Below, piece by piece: positions 9,123 to 19,835 of a DNA stretch of 64,000 nt. Source of the stretch: a virus; IMG/VR virus record IMGVR_UViG_3300023172_000011, positions 32,001-96,000 of that record; one strand, written 5' to 3'. The position numbers and the translations under genes were made by a program. Each line of letters opens with the position of its first letter. Position 1 is the first letter of the stretch. The notes below the pieces were generated by a model. That model searched no databases and was not told the DNA's origin. It saw only the letters and a list, made by a program, of their open reading frames with translations.

Positions 9123-9830
9123 ATGAGAAAAAAAAGAACAAGAAGACCAGTCAATAAACCAGATTTTAGACCAGTAAATAAAAGGAAAGATAAACAGTCA
9201 AGAACGGCGGTTAAATCCGTTACTGCTAAAACAGACAATCATCATAATTATATTATGTCGATTATTAATAATCCAATCACAATTTGTGTTGGACCTGCTG
9301 GTTCTGGGAAATCTTATATTAGTGCTGGGATGTTTGCCAATTTTTTGCATGAAGGAAGTTACGACAAAATTATTGCAACTCGTCCATTAGTATGCTCCGG
9401 AAAAGAATTAGGATCACTTCCCGGAGAGATGAATGAAAAGATTGCACCTTACCTAAAGCCTATTGAGGAAAATATTAAGAATTTTCTTGGTCAGGCTAAC
9501 TATGGCCTCCACTATAATGACGGCAAGATTCGTTATGAACCGCTTGAAGTCATGAGAGGTGCAACCTTTGATTATTGTTGCATGATTTTGGACGAAGCAC
9601 AAAACTGCACCTTGGATCAATTAAAAATGTTTATCACTCGCATGGGCAAGAATTCCAAGGTTATTATCAATGGGGATATCAATCAAACCGATTTAAGATC
9701 TCGTAGCGGGCTTGAAACTTTAATAAGAAAAGTTGGAAATATTGAAGGGGTTGGAGTTTGTTATCTAACCTATGATGACATTCAAAGAAATGGAATTATT
9801 GGGGAAATCCTGAGAGCATTGGAGGAATAA
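9123..9830 (+). CDS. phoH: PhoH-like ATPase
   Basis: GPAGSGKS, LGSLPG, MRGATF, ILDEAQN and GDINQTDL motifs. Confidence 0.93.
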   Translation: MRKKRTRRPVNKPDFRPVNKRKDKQSRTAVKSVTAKTDNHHNYIMSIINNPITICVGPAGSGKSYISAGMFANFLHEGSYDKIIATRPLVCSGKELGSLPGEMNEKIAPYLKPIEENIKNFLGQANYGLHYNDGKIRYEPLEVMRGATFDYCCMILDEAQNCTLDQLKMFITRMGKNSKVIINGDINQTDLRSRSGLETLIRKVGNIEGVGVCYLTYDDIQRNGIIGEILRALEE

Positions 9831-10171
9831 TGCCAACATATGACTATTTATGCTCAAATTGTGAAACCGAGCTAAAAGATGTATACCAAAGCATAACCGA
9901 AAAGGCTATAATATATTGTATCAGTTGCGGAAATGATACGCTTGAAAGAGTGATTCATCCCCCAATGGTATTTGTTCGTCAAGAGGCAACTACGATTGGT
10001 CAGCTATCTGAGCGTAACGCTAAAAGGCTTGGACAGTCAGAAGTTCAAGAGCGAACACTGCAAGATAAAGATTCTAAAAAATCTGCACTAAAAGAAGCAA
10101 AGAAAGAAATAAACTCTCAAATCAATAAAATGAATTCGGAGCAAAAACGTCGTTTCATAGAGGGCGGATAA
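9830..10171 (+). CDS. FmdB-family zinc-ribbon protein
   Basis: MPTYDYLCSNC...CISCG...LERVI. Confidence 0.8.
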   Translation: MPTYDYLCSNCETELKDVYQSITEKAIIYCISCGNDTLERVIHPPMVFVRQEATTIGQLSERNAKRLGQSEVQERTLQDKDSKKSALKEAKKEINSQINKMNSEQKRRFIEGG

Positions 10172-10434
10172 TGGAAGAATACAAAAGTGTAATTATGATA
10201 GTTCCATACATTGGAACCGTCACTAATGGAAATACCTTGCTACAGCCTTTGGGTAAAGAAGAAGTAGATTTTATCGGCTATGATTTATGTCGTAAATTTC
10301 AAATTGAAGAAAAACATGAGTCATACATTGATTGCATAAAATCTCTTAAAGAACGATTAGAACTTATTTTAAAAACCGATTTATTAATGGAGGATATAAA
10401 TGCCGACCAAAAAAACCAAAAGAAGAACGAATAG
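10171..10434 (+). CDS. Hypothetical protein
   Basis: TAATG coupling with the previous gene. Confidence 0.6.
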   Translation: MEEYKSVIMIVPYIGTVTNGNTLLQPLGKEEVDFIGYDLCRKFQIEEKHESYIDCIKSLKERLELILKTDLLMEDINADQKNQKKNE

Positions 10435-10768
10435 ACAACCTAAAGCACAAGAAAATGTCGAAGCCAAAGCAACTACTGACGAACTTTCTAAAGTTCAAAA
10501 ATTTTACATTGAAAGCAAATGCTCCAGTATGACTTTATCTGATGTTTCTTCTGATTTAGGACTTGACAAATCTGTAGTTTCATCGTACTATGATGAATGC
10601 AAAAACAAAGCTACTAATGATTTCACAGTTGATAAACTTATGAATATCAATTCTAAGCGTGGATACGCAGTAATGAGTAAAGAGGCTTCGGAGAAAGGTG
10701 ATGCATCAAAAAAACGAGCAGCAAAAAAAGACACAAATCACATCCACAAAATCCGAGCAGATAAGTAA
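10400..10768 (+). CDS. Hypothetical protein, possible HTH DNA-binding protein
   Basis: GGAGG RBS; MTLSDVSSDLGLDKSVVSSY resembles an HTH. Confidence 0.6.
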   Translation: MPTKKTKRRTNRQPKAQENVEAKATTDELSKVQKFYIESKCSSMTLSDVSSDLGLDKSVVSSYYDECKNKATNDFTVDKLMNINSKRGYAVMSKEASEKGDASKKRAAKKDTNHIHKIRADK

Positions 10769-11198
10769 GCAGCGAGTTGCTCAATGCACGGAAAAGACTC
10801 CTTATAAATCTATGCATAAGGCTGGCTATGTAACGCCCGGAAATTACATTGCGGAGTTGATATTCCAGAAAAGAAATGAGTATTTCAATTCTGGCAAAAA
10901 CGCAGAGAGTTTCTGGCTGCAAGGAAATAAGTTGCATGGTGCTTATAAGGGCGAAGTTATTGCGGCAAACAAACTACTGAAAGACTATCACGCCGACTCA
11001 GTAATAAAAGCAATAAAATCACCACAGGCTAAGTTTATATTGAAGTTATCCAAAAAAGAAAATAGGGATAAGCTAATTCCTATAATCGAAAAGTTTGAGA
11101 AAGAGCGTAAAGAAACAGAGATAGTAATTTCTGAAAATAATAAGACTGAAGTATCGAAACCGTTTGGGTATGGCAGAAATATATTGAAAGGCTTGTAA
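10698..11198 (+). CDS. Hypothetical basic protein (start uncertain)
   Basis: 166-aa ORF filling the space before recA. Confidence 0.6.
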   Translation: MMHQKNEQQKKTQITSTKSEQISKQRVAQCTEKTPYKSMHKAGYVTPGNYIAELIFQKRNEYFNSGKNAESFWLQGNKLHGAYKGEVIAANKLLKDYHADSVIKAIKSPQAKFILKLSKKENRDKLIPIIEKFEKERKETEIVISENNKTEVSKPFGYGRNILKGL

Positions 11199-11201
11199 TA
11201 A

Positions 11202-12245
11202 ATGGCAGACGATAAGAAAAAAAAGAAAGTGGATTTGAGCAACGACAAGGCTATTCAAAGAGCCTTCGGTAAAGTCGTATCTAAAGGATCAGAGCTAATT
11301 CAAAGCATGGCAGATCTAAAGTGCATCACCGTAAGTCCAAAACTTGATCTAGCTCTTAATGGAGGAATTAGAGAGGCGTCTTGGAATATTATTTCTGGAG
11401 ATCCCAAAACTGGAAAGAGCACAACATGTTTGCAGATTTGTAAAAATGCTCAAGATGATAATCGTCCAGTAATCTATGTTGATGGCGAAAGTCGATTAAA
11501 GGCTTATAATCTCTCTGGTACAGAAGGTTTAGATTTAAACAAAATACAAATTGTTCATAGTCCAGAAGATGGAGAGTCTCTATCCGCTGAAGACTTCTTA
11601 AATATTGCTGAAGAACTAATAAAGCGTCCTGAAAATAAAGGTGCTGTATGCGTGATTGACTCATGTTCTTCTTTAGTGCCAAGGTCAGAACTTGAAGAGA
11701 GTGCATCTGGTTCACTTCGTGCAACCCTTCCAAAACTATTGTCGCATTGGGTAAAAAAGACTTCGCAAACAGTAGTAAAAAACAAAATTATCGTATTGAT
11801 TATTACGCATTATATTACAAACACATCTGGATACGGTAAAGTCAAAATTCCAGACTGCGGTGTAATGATTCAGTATCAGGCTGATACTAGAATTGATATT
11901 GCAAAGATAGAACCATGGGAAGAAAATGGTAAAAAGATTGGACAGCTTGTTCATTGGAAAGTAGCATGTTCTTCTATGGGTGCATCTGGAACAGAATGTG
12001 TTAGCCATATTAGATATGGCAAAGGTATTGACAAAGAAAAAGAAATGATAGATCTAGCAGAATCATTTGGCATCATAGACAAGGCCGGGGCTTGGTATTC
12101 AATTCCATTCTTGGAGGGCAGCGAAGAATTTAAAGAGCCTCCTAAGTTTCAAGGACAGGCAAAGATTTATGAATTCCTTGTAGAGCGACAGGATATTTTT
12201 GATCAAGTAAAGGCACAGGTTAATGGTATGCTAAAGGATGTTTAG
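11202..12245 (+). CDS. recA: RecA/UvsX-like recombinase
   Basis: LDLALNGGI, Walker A GDPKTGKST, YVDGE, VIDS, LVPRSELE, GIIDKAGAWY and KFQG. Confidence 0.88.
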   Translation: MADDKKKKKVDLSNDKAIQRAFGKVVSKGSELIQSMADLKCITVSPKLDLALNGGIREASWNIISGDPKTGKSTTCLQICKNAQDDNRPVIYVDGESRLKAYNLSGTEGLDLNKIQIVHSPEDGESLSAEDFLNIAEELIKRPENKGAVCVIDSCSSLVPRSELEESASGSLRATLPKLLSHWVKKTSQTVVKNKIIVLIITHYITNTSGYGKVKIPDCGVMIQYQADTRIDIAKIEPWEENGKKIGQLVHWKVACSSMGASGTECVSHIRYGKGIDKEKEMIDLAESFGIIDKAGAWYSIPFLEGSEEFKEPPKFQGQAKIYEFLVERQDIFDQVKAQVNGMLKDV

Positions 12246-12663
12246 AGTTACTGGATTAGATGGAAAAGAACATAAGTTTAATTATGCTAAAAATAAGTCT
12301 AGGAACTTCAGATCCAAAAAATCATCATACCATAAACAAGCTAGAGAGTTAATTAAAGAGAATTGGCCTACCTACTCTTTATATGAAGAAGTCACTCTGC
12401 CCGGATCTAAACGTCTTGGCAGAGGCTCTTTATTATATGCCGACTTTTTCTTGCCTGAATTAATGCTTGTGATCGAAGTTCATGGTCAGCAGCACTATGA
12501 ATATTCTCCGTTTTTTCACAAAAATAAAATGGATTTTGTGCTTGCAAAACAGAGAGATTCCGATAAAATAGAGTGGTGTCGGTTGAACGAAATCAAAATT
12601 GTCACATTGCCATACAATGAGAGGTCAGAATGGAAGAACTTGATTCAACAGTCTCTGGAATAG
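12238..12663 (+). CDS. DUF559/Vsr-like PD-(D/E)XK endonuclease
   Basis: YADFFLPEL...IEVHGQQHY...QRD..K..WC...I. Confidence 0.75.
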   Translation: MFRVTGLDGKEHKFNYAKNKSRNFRSKKSSYHKQARELIKENWPTYSLYEEVTLPGSKRLGRGSLLYADFFLPELMLVIEVHGQQHYEYSPFFHKNKMDFVLAKQRDSDKIEWCRLNEIKIVTLPYNERSEWKNLIQQSLE

Positions 12664-13118
12664 ATGGACTGGACAAATTTACAGAATGGATTGATAACTT
12701 TTGTGCGGCTAATAATATTGTAGAGTACAAAGATAGTGATGAATATTCGCACATATTACATCTTCCGCCAGAAGAAATAATCAGTTTAACATCTGATGAA
12801 TGTTTTACAAATGCAATTACCCTGATGAATTATGGCGGTCTTCTTCAAAAGAAGCTAGATTTAATAAGTAGTCAGTATACTTGGTGTGTTGAAGCATTGA
12901 ACTATTTGTTTGCTAAACAATGGTCAAACTATGACAAATTTCTACCAGCAGAAATAAAAAAGCAATCTATAATTTCTGAGAATACTTACGCACAATCTAT
13001 TGAAAAGTCGCGTTTAAGACTGTATGCTGGTATTCAGATGTTGTCAGAAACCTGTCGTGATATAAAGAAGAGGGTTTCACTTTTTCAAGATTTAGGAAAA
13101 GCTAGGAGTTTTAAATGA
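12630..13118 (+). CDS. Helical protein, possible UvsY-like recombination mediator
   Basis: All-helical appearance and position after recA; the function is an inference. Confidence 0.45.
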   Translation: MEELDSTVSGIDGLDKFTEWIDNFCAANNIVEYKDSDEYSHILHLPPEEIISLTSDECFTNAITLMNYGGLLQKKLDLISSQYTWCVEALNYLFAKQWSNYDKFLPAEIKKQSIISENTYAQSIEKSRLRLYAGIQMLSETCRDIKKRVSLFQDLGKARSFK

Positions 13119-13654
13119 CGTTAACAGATTTAGTTGATAAAGTGCGGGAATTGCTCTATGATGGCATCATTGACAGTAATTGGGAATGTATATCAGAAGC
13201 ATATCAAATGATTTCCGGAGAAAAAGTAGATATTCCAGAGCCAGAACCTGTGGATGAATTATCCGCCAGTCTTAAAAATATGATGGAAAGACTTGAAAAG
13301 TTAGAGAAGCAAGATCCTCCCAAAAAGAACAGAAGGAACGGTAGATCTAAAACCAAAAAGTCAGAACCTAAAGTAGATGAAAATTTCTCAATAAAATCAT
13401 CCAAGCCAAAACGGTCGGTAAAGTCTTCTGGTCAAAATAAGTTTGAGTCAATGGCTGGAGTTTTAGAAGAGGCTGAGCAGGAAAGAGGCTTCAACAGTAT
13501 TGATGACTCTAACTCTCCTAGAGTAGAAAGAAAGCGTAGAGAATATCAAACTAAAAGTGTTACATGCTCACAATGCAATAAATCCTTTGATGTCAATCCA
13601 ATGTTTGCTAGAGAAAATTACATTTGCGACAAATGTATTTCGCGGAGAATTTGA
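13115..13654 (+). CDS. Hypothetical protein with C-terminal zinc ribbon
   Basis: CSQC...CDKC at the C-terminus; ATGA overlap. Confidence 0.65.
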   Translation: MTLTDLVDKVRELLYDGIIDSNWECISEAYQMISGEKVDIPEPEPVDELSASLKNMMERLEKLEKQDPPKKNRRNGRSKTKKSEPKVDENFSIKSSKPKRSVKSSGQNKFESMAGVLEEAEQERGFNSIDDSNSPRVERKRREYQTKSVTCSQCNKSFDVNPMFARENYICDKCISRRI

Positions 13655-13656
13655 TA

Positions 13657-15135
13657 GTGTCTAAAGAAACCGATTTGAAAAATGTAGCTTCTGAACGTGC
13701 TGTTCTTGCCGGACTTTTACAGCATGGTAAGGAATGCTTACTAGAAGTTGAACTCTTCGTAAATGAAGAGAGTTTCACAATCGAAAATAACAAAGTCCTA
13801 TATAAGTGCATTAAGCATTCATTCGAAAGTGGAGATGTTGTTGGTTATACAGAGATCCTGTCATCAGCAAAGAGTCTAAACCTAGACGAATTTGTTGAAA
13901 AAAATGATATGCTAAAACATATCACTGGAGTTATGAATACTCCGGTTAATATTAATAATGTCGCAGAGCACGCCAAAAAACTAAAGAGGCTTGAATTTGC
14001 CAGAATCATGCAGGGTAAGCTCAGAGACATTTATTTAAACCTGAACAAAGTTACTGGAGATGAGGACATCGCCAGCATTTTGTCGATTGCAGAAAACCCT
14101 ATTCAAGATGTATGTCTATCCTTCATGAAGGAAGATGATCTTTCTCCAAAATCTATTGGCGAAGGCATCCATGCATATCTAGAACATATCAAGAATAATG
14201 ATGGCAAGTCTATTGGTATTCCAACTGGTATGAGTGCATTCGATAAGGCTATTGGAGGCGGCTTGCGTCGAAAATGCGTAGACCTGATTGCTGCTCGTCC
14301 CAAAACTGGAAAATCTGTACTTGCCGATAATATTGCCTTGCATATTGCTGGAGAGTATGATATACCAGTACTTATGCTTGATACAGAAATGAGCACAGAA
14401 GATCACTGGAATAGAATCATTGCAAATAAAAGCGGTGTTGAAATTAATGATGTTGCATCCGGTAAATTTGCTACAGATCCTGAAAAAGTAGACTCTGTGA
14501 CAAAATCTGTAGAGACTATTGAATCTATACCTTATGACTATATTAGCATTGCTGGTAGACCATTTGATGAAACACTATCTATTATCAAAAGATGGCTATT
14601 AAAGAGAGTTGGCTATGATGAAACAGGAAGACTAAATGACTGCGTGATTATTTATGACTATCTAAAACTGATGACATCTTCTAGTATTAATAACAATCTT
14701 GCAGAATTCCAAGTTCTCGGTTTTCAGATCACTTCACTGCATAATTTTTGTGTAGAGAATGATTGCCCGTGTTTGTCATTTGTGCAGCTTAATAGAGATG
14801 GTATTACCAAGGAATCTACAGATGTAGTTTCCGGATCTGACCGTTTAGTTTGGCTCTGTACTTCATTCTCAATCTTCAAGGATAAGTCAGATGAAGAAAA
14901 AGTTACGGATGGAATAAACAATGGAAATAAAAAACTTATACCAATTGTTTCCAGACATGGACCCGGAATGGAAGACGAAGGTTATATATGCTTGCAAATG
15001 GACGGCAAGTTTGCAAAAGTAAGAGAAGTTGGCACTATTAGAGAGATTAAGAGTAATGCAAACAACAATCAACAAGGATTTGCAAATTCGCAAAATGCGA
15101 ATTTTGAAGAGGAAGATGGTGAAGAAGATTTTTGA
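13657..15135 (+). CDS. dnaB: Replicative DNA helicase (DnaB family)
   Basis: ERAVLAGLL N-domain, GIPTG, Walker A AARPKTGKS, DTEM, YDYLKLM, QLNR. Start taken as GTG 13657 after GGAG. Confidence 0.92.
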   Translation: MSKETDLKNVASERAVLAGLLQHGKECLLEVELFVNEESFTIENNKVLYKCIKHSFESGDVVGYTEILSSAKSLNLDEFVEKNDMLKHITGVMNTPVNINNVAEHAKKLKRLEFARIMQGKLRDIYLNLNKVTGDEDIASILSIAENPIQDVCLSFMKEDDLSPKSIGEGIHAYLEHIKNNDGKSIGIPTGMSAFDKAIGGGLRRKCVDLIAARPKTGKSVLADNIALHIAGEYDIPVLMLDTEMSTEDHWNRIIANKSGVEINDVASGKFATDPEKVDSVTKSVETIESIPYDYISIAGRPFDETLSIIKRWLLKRVGYDETGRLNDCVIIYDYLKLMTSSSINNNLAEFQVLGFQITSLHNFCVENDCPCLSFVQLNRDGITKESTDVVSGSDRLVWLCTSFSIFKDKSDEEKVTDGINNGNKKLIPIVSRHGPGMEDEGYICLQMDGKFAKVREVGTIREIKSNANNNQQGFANSQNANFEEEDGEEDF

Positions 15136-16120
15136 TCTCTTTGCCTTTTTTGAAATTAATGAATATTACGAGTCACATAACCTACTGATAAGTTCTTGTC
15201 CAGTCCATGAAGGAGACAATGTTACTGCATTCAATATCAATATTGACGAAGATCATGAAGATCACTGCGGTAAATGGTTTTGTAATACTCAGGGATGTCA
15301 CAATGAGAAGTCAACTAATGATATTATTTCTTTAGTCTGGATGCTCCTTGAGAATAAATTCAAAAAACCTTATAAGTTTCCAGAAGTTATTAAGTTCTGT
15401 CAAGATTTTTGCTCTGGCGTAAAAATAGACATTTCAATTACTTATAAGTCATCAGAAGCACTAGATAAATTACTGAAAAATACAAGAAAAGTTGAGAAAC
15501 TACAAAATAAGATAACAAGATCTACGGTAAGGAAACACCTTACCTTTCCTGCACAATACTATATCAATAGAGGATTCTCTCAAGAAGCACTAGATCTTTT
15601 TGATGTAGGATTATGCACTAGGCCCGATAGTCAAATGTACAAGCGTATTGTATTTCCAGTGTACGATGAGAATGATGAGTACATGGTTGGATGCGTCGGT
15701 AGAACTATAGGTAATGACCCTAGAAAATGGATTAACCAAAAGGGATTCAATAAATCCAACTTTTTGTATAATTACGGAAAAGCAATTGAGCATATTAGTA
15801 GAAGTGCGACTATAATACTAGCAGAGGGACAAGGCGATGTTATCCGTCTTTGGGAATCTGGTATTAGAAATGCCGTTGGAATATTCGGTTCAAAGATTAG
15901 CGATGCTCAAGAATTTCTGATTCAAAAGACCGGTGTTTCAAATGTGATTATTATGTCTGACAATGATAAAGCGGGTGACGCTTGTAAAAGAGACATATAT
16001 GAGCGATTGAAACTTTTATTTAATATTTATACTGTGGAAATTCCCAAAAACGACATTGGCGATATGACAGTCAATGAAGTCAATGAACTAATCAAGCCTC
16101 AAATTCAAGGAAAATTTTGA
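15116..16120 (+). CDS. dnaG: DNA primase (DnaG-like, CHC2 zinc finger plus Toprim)
   Basis: CPVH...WFC...C zinc finger, RIVFP, GR, EGQGD and DNDKAG. Start taken as ATG 15116 after GAGGA. Confidence 0.88.
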   Translation: MVKKIFDLFAFFEINEYYESHNLLISSCPVHEGDNVTAFNINIDEDHEDHCGKWFCNTQGCHNEKSTNDIISLVWMLLENKFKKPYKFPEVIKFCQDFCSGVKIDISITYKSSEALDKLLKNTRKVEKLQNKITRSTVRKHLTFPAQYYINRGFSQEALDLFDVGLCTRPDSQMYKRIVFPVYDENDEYMVGCVGRTIGNDPRKWINQKGFNKSNFLYNYGKAIEHISRSATIILAEGQGDVIRLWESGIRNAVGIFGSKISDAQEFLIQKTGVSNVIIMSDNDKAGDACKRDIYERLKLLFNIYTVEIPKNDIGDMTVNEVNELIKPQIQGKF

Positions 16121-16941
16121 TGACACAGATCATTGCATTATGCGGTAAAAAGCAATCAGGAAAGACTACTCTTTCCAACTATCTACATGGTCATGAGATG
16201 AAACGCCATGATATTGTTGAAAAGTTTCTAATTTCCCCGGAAGGGGAGCTTGTGGTAAACTGTACTTTTCATGATGAAAATGGAAAAGAGTTTGAAGAAC
16301 TTGGAGTTCTTGATCTACAGCAGCATACGGATGAATTTTTCCAATATGCCTCTCGTAGAATTTGGCCTCTTATTCGCGGCTATAATTTCGCAGATTCATT
16401 AAAAGAAATCTGTGTTATGCTATTTAATATTCCACCAGAATGTGTCTATGGAACAGACGAACAAAAGAATCAGATTCAGGAGCATCTATTATGGGAAAAT
16501 ATGCCGGGAGATACTAGCGATATTGGTCCCAACGGTAAGATATGTCATCATAAGGGACCAATGACCGCTCGTGAGTTCATGCAATTCTTTGGCACAGACG
16601 TTATGCGTAAAATGTACCAGCCAATCTGGTTGGAAAATTGCTTTCGAAGAATTGAAGCTGATAAACCAGAGATTGCTGTTATTGGCGACTGTCGATTCTT
16701 AAATGAGATTGAGGCTGTGCAAAAGCGTGGTGGAAAAGTTATTAGACTAACTCGCTCACTCTATGAAAGCACTCATCAGAGTGAAATTGACGCAGACAAT
16801 TATAATAAGTTTGACGCAATCATTGATAATTCAAATTTAGATATTAATCAATCATGCAAGGCATTCTTGGATGAACTAATTAACCTTGGTGTCACCAAAA
16901 AGATCAGAGAAATGGGCAAGTACACCGCATCAATAAAGTGA
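16117..16941 (+). CDS. Deoxynucleoside monophosphate kinase
   Basis: GKKQSGKT, FADSLK, REFMQFFGTD, DCRFLNE and HQSE (T4 gp1-like pattern). Confidence 0.85.
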   Translation: MMTQIIALCGKKQSGKTTLSNYLHGHEMKRHDIVEKFLISPEGELVVNCTFHDENGKEFEELGVLDLQQHTDEFFQYASRRIWPLIRGYNFADSLKEICVMLFNIPPECVYGTDEQKNQIQEHLLWENMPGDTSDIGPNGKICHHKGPMTAREFMQFFGTDVMRKMYQPIWLENCFRRIEADKPEIAVIGDCRFLNEIEAVQKRGGKVIRLTRSLYESTHQSEIDADNYNKFDAIIDNSNLDINQSCKAFLDELINLGVTKKIREMGKYTASIK

Positions 16942-16947
16942 TTTAAT

Positions 16948-17964
16948 ATGATTATATGTTACCATAGAAGCAGTTCATTAGGCACGTTTGAGATGTGCGA
17001 AATGAAATATTTCTTTCAGTACGTATTAGGCATGAAAGATAAAACGAATAAAAAGGCCGTACTAGGTACGGTCTTTCATCGTGTAATGCAGGTACTGGCT
17101 GACAAGAAAAAGGCTCAAGAAGAGAAGAAAAGAAAACTGAAGAATGATGACATTCAGGACTTAACGTTTGCTCAATGCGATGATATAGAATTCGTTACAG
17201 AGCTATGCTTTGAATACTACAAATATCATGAAGAAGATGTTGGCTTAGGACCAAAAGATCTACAGACATGTATTGGATGGGTATACAAAGCATTAGCTTA
17301 CAATGATGGCTATATGGACCCGAGAAATCAAAATATCAATGCCACAGAGCAATTCTTTGATATTGAGATTAAGCAAGATTGGGCTAAGTACCGATATGAG
17401 ATTAATGACAAAGTATTTGATGGATATCTTTCTATCAAGGGCACAATCGACGTAATTATCAAAGAGGATGATCTGTACTTCCAAGTCTTGGATTATAAAA
17501 CCGGCAAGCGATTGAATTGGGCAACAGGTAAAGAAAAGACCTACGAAGATCTTTGCTCTGATAAACAATTGCTACTCTATTATTACGCATTAAAGAATCT
17601 CTTCCCAGAAAGAAATTTCTATGTATCCATTTATTATGTTAATAATGGCGGGGTTTTTGATATTGTCTTTAGCGAAGAGGATTACAAGAAAGCAGAAGAC
17701 ATGCTTCGGGAAAAGTTTGAATACATCCGATCAGTTGACCTGCCGAGACAACTCTCTATAGATCAGCAAAACTGGAAGTGTACAAAATTGTGTAAATTTT
17801 CAGAAGAGTTTCAAGATTCTGGAAAAACTACTTGCCAATACTTCCATGATTTGATAAGATCTAAGGGTATGAACACTGTTGTATGCGAACATGCTAATTT
17901 GAATAAACTTGGAAAATATGGTGCTGGTGGAGGTAGACTTGGAGAAGATAATGAAAGTAATTAG
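16948..17964 (+). CDS. PD-(D/E)XK exonuclease, Cas4/AddB-like, with a probable Fe-S cluster
   Basis: SSS...CEMKY, GTVFH, GTIDV, LDYKTG, QLLLY and C-terminal CTKLC...C. Confidence 0.85.
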   Translation: MIICYHRSSSLGTFEMCEMKYFFQYVLGMKDKTNKKAVLGTVFHRVMQVLADKKKAQEEKKRKLKNDDIQDLTFAQCDDIEFVTELCFEYYKYHEEDVGLGPKDLQTCIGWVYKALAYNDGYMDPRNQNINATEQFFDIEIKQDWAKYRYEINDKVFDGYLSIKGTIDVIIKEDDLYFQVLDYKTGKRLNWATGKEKTYEDLCSDKQLLLYYYALKNLFPERNFYVSIYYVNNGGVFDIVFSEEDYKKAEDMLREKFEYIRSVDLPRQLSIDQQNWKCTKLCKFSEEFQDSGKTTCQYFHDLIRSKGMNTVVCEHANLNKLGKYGAGGGRLGEDNESN

Positions 17965-17996
17965 TAAAACTTGCTGTAAGTGTAAGGAATTGATAT

Positions 17997-19835
17997 ATGA
18001 TTAGAAATCACAGCCATTATTCATTACTTATGTCTACATCTCGATCTAAGCAGATTGCCAAAGCCTGCAAAGATGCTGGATATAGATATGCTGGAATTAC
18101 TGATGTAGCCACGATTAGCGGCTGCGTTAATTTCATACAAGCATGTAAAAAGGAAGATATCACCCCGCTCATTGGATCTGAGATTATCTTAGATGATAAT
18201 TCAAGACTAACTCTTGTATGTAGAAATATTGAAGCATGGGATGATTTACTTGGAGTTATATCTCAGGCCAATTCTAAAGATAACCATGATGGCACTCCAA
18301 AAATTTCATTTGCCGATTTGACACAAAGCATTAATCCAGACAACTTTATCTGCATTGATGGCTATGTCGGTAGTAAGCTATTTAATAAACTATTTCCAAA
18401 TATAGACTGCATCTTTGATGCTGCCGATATTGAAATGGTTAAGTCATGCATTGACAATAACTGGAAAGAAATACTCAATGATGAAATAGCGTTGATGCAT
18501 CAAACATTTGCTCATTATTATCTAGAAGTCAACAATCTTGACTCAGATACTTTCCCGATCTCCAAGGTAATGTCTGACATTCTATCCGTCTATGACAATG
18601 TAATTCCGAATACATCAAGTTATTATCCCGAAAGAAAAGATGCTGTTGATCATCGCGTATTAATCTGTACTAAGCTGAAGACAACTATGCGTCAACTTGC
18701 CGATAAGATTAGCAATGCTAAAGATATCGACTTGCTTAAATTTATTAGGAGTAGCTCATACCATATTAAGACTAGAGAAGCTATTGAAGCAGCATACAGT
18801 TCAGAACAGGTAGATAATCTTGACAAGATTACTGAATTGTGTGCCGACATTAATATCCTATCCAAACCTAAGCTGCCAAACTTTGAAACTCCGGATGGAA
18901 GCACTGAAGATGAATATCTAAAGGAGCTATGTCGTAAGGGATGGAAACGTCTCATTATGACTGGAGTAGATCCATATAAATATGATATATATAAAGATCG
19001 TGTACTTAAAGAGCTAGAGGTTATCGAAAAGGCAAATCTTGCCGGATACTTCTTAATCGTTCAAGATTATGTTAACTATTTTAGAAATCAAGGATGCTTG
19101 GTTGGTCCCGGTCGAGGTTCTGGTGGTGGATCATTAGTATGCTATCTCACAGGAATTACTCTAATCGACCCAATTGAATATGGCTTGATTTTTGAACGAT
19201 TCTATAATGAAGGTAGAAATACTGAAGATCATGTATCACTTCCCGATATCGACATTGACTTTCCGCCATCGTACCGTGATAAGGTTGTCGAATATCTAAA
19301 GAATAAATATGGCGATAGTCAAGTTTGCCAGATGCTTACATTTGGTAGACTTGCAGGAAGGTCTATTTTGAAGGAAGTGTTAAGAGTCAATGAGTCGTGC
19401 AGTTTTGACGAAATGAATAAGATTACGGAGAGGATTCCAAACGAAGCTGCCATTTCCGACCTGCTGGAAGAAATGGATAATCCATCAGTAATTCGCTGGG
19501 CTTTGGAAAATGACAGGAATTCTCTAATTGATTACTGCTGGCTTGACGATGACGATACTCTACAAGGCGAGTATGCTAAGGTGTTTGAGCAGGCAATGCG
19601 TATGGAAGGCGTCTTCAAAACTCAAGGCAAACATGCTGCTGGCGTTGTAATTGCATCTGATGACTTGACAAAAATCTGCCCTATGGTAAAATCATCTCGT
19701 AGTTCCGAGCAAATTGCGGGCATGGAAATGGGCGACTTAGAAGCTATTGGATGTGTTAAATTTGACATTTTAGGCGTTTCTCTTCTGGAGAAAATTTCAA
19801 ATACTGTTGAGGAAATTAATTATGAATTATCGTGA
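17997..19835 (+). CDS. dnaE: DNA polymerase III alpha, N-terminal half (PHP, palm and thumb)
   Basis: NHSHYSLL, GYFLIVQD, GPGRGSGGGSLV, FERF, PDIDIDF, GKHAAGVVI and VKFDILG; the ORF ends just after the palm. Confidence 0.93.
   Translation: MIRNHSHYSLLMSTSRSKQIAKACKDAGYRYAGITDVATISGCVNFIQACKKEDITPLIGSEIILDDNSRLTLVCRNIEAWDDLLGVISQANSKDNHDGTPKISFADLTQSINPDNFICIDGYVGSKLFNKLFPNIDCIFDAADIEMVKSCIDNNWKEILNDEIALMHQTFAHYYLEVNNLDSDTFPISKVMSDILSVYDNVIPNTSSYYPERKDAVDHRVLICTKLKTTMRQLADKISNAKDIDLLKFIRSSSYHIKTREAIEAAYSSEQVDNLDKITELCADINILSKPKLPNFETPDGSTEDEYLKELCRKGWKRLIMTGVDPYKYDIYKDRVLKELEVIEKANLAGYFLIVQDYVNYFRNQGCLVGPGRGSGGGSLVCYLTGITLIDPIEYGLIFERFYNEGRNTEDHVSLPDIDIDFPPSYRDKVVEYLKNKYGDSQVCQMLTFGRLAGRSILKEVLRVNESCSFDEMNKITERIPNEAAISDLLEEMDNPSVIRWALENDRNSLIDYCWLDDDDTLQGEYAKVFEQAMRMEGVFKTQGKHAAGVVIASDDLTKICPMVKSSRSSEQIAGMEMGDLEAIGCVKFDILGVSLLEKISNTVEEINYELS

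Noticed and set aside
16948-17964. Cas4 as part of a CRISPR-Cas system
   Set aside because: There is no cas1/cas2 or array nearby, and stand-alone Cas4-like nucleases are common in phage replication modules.
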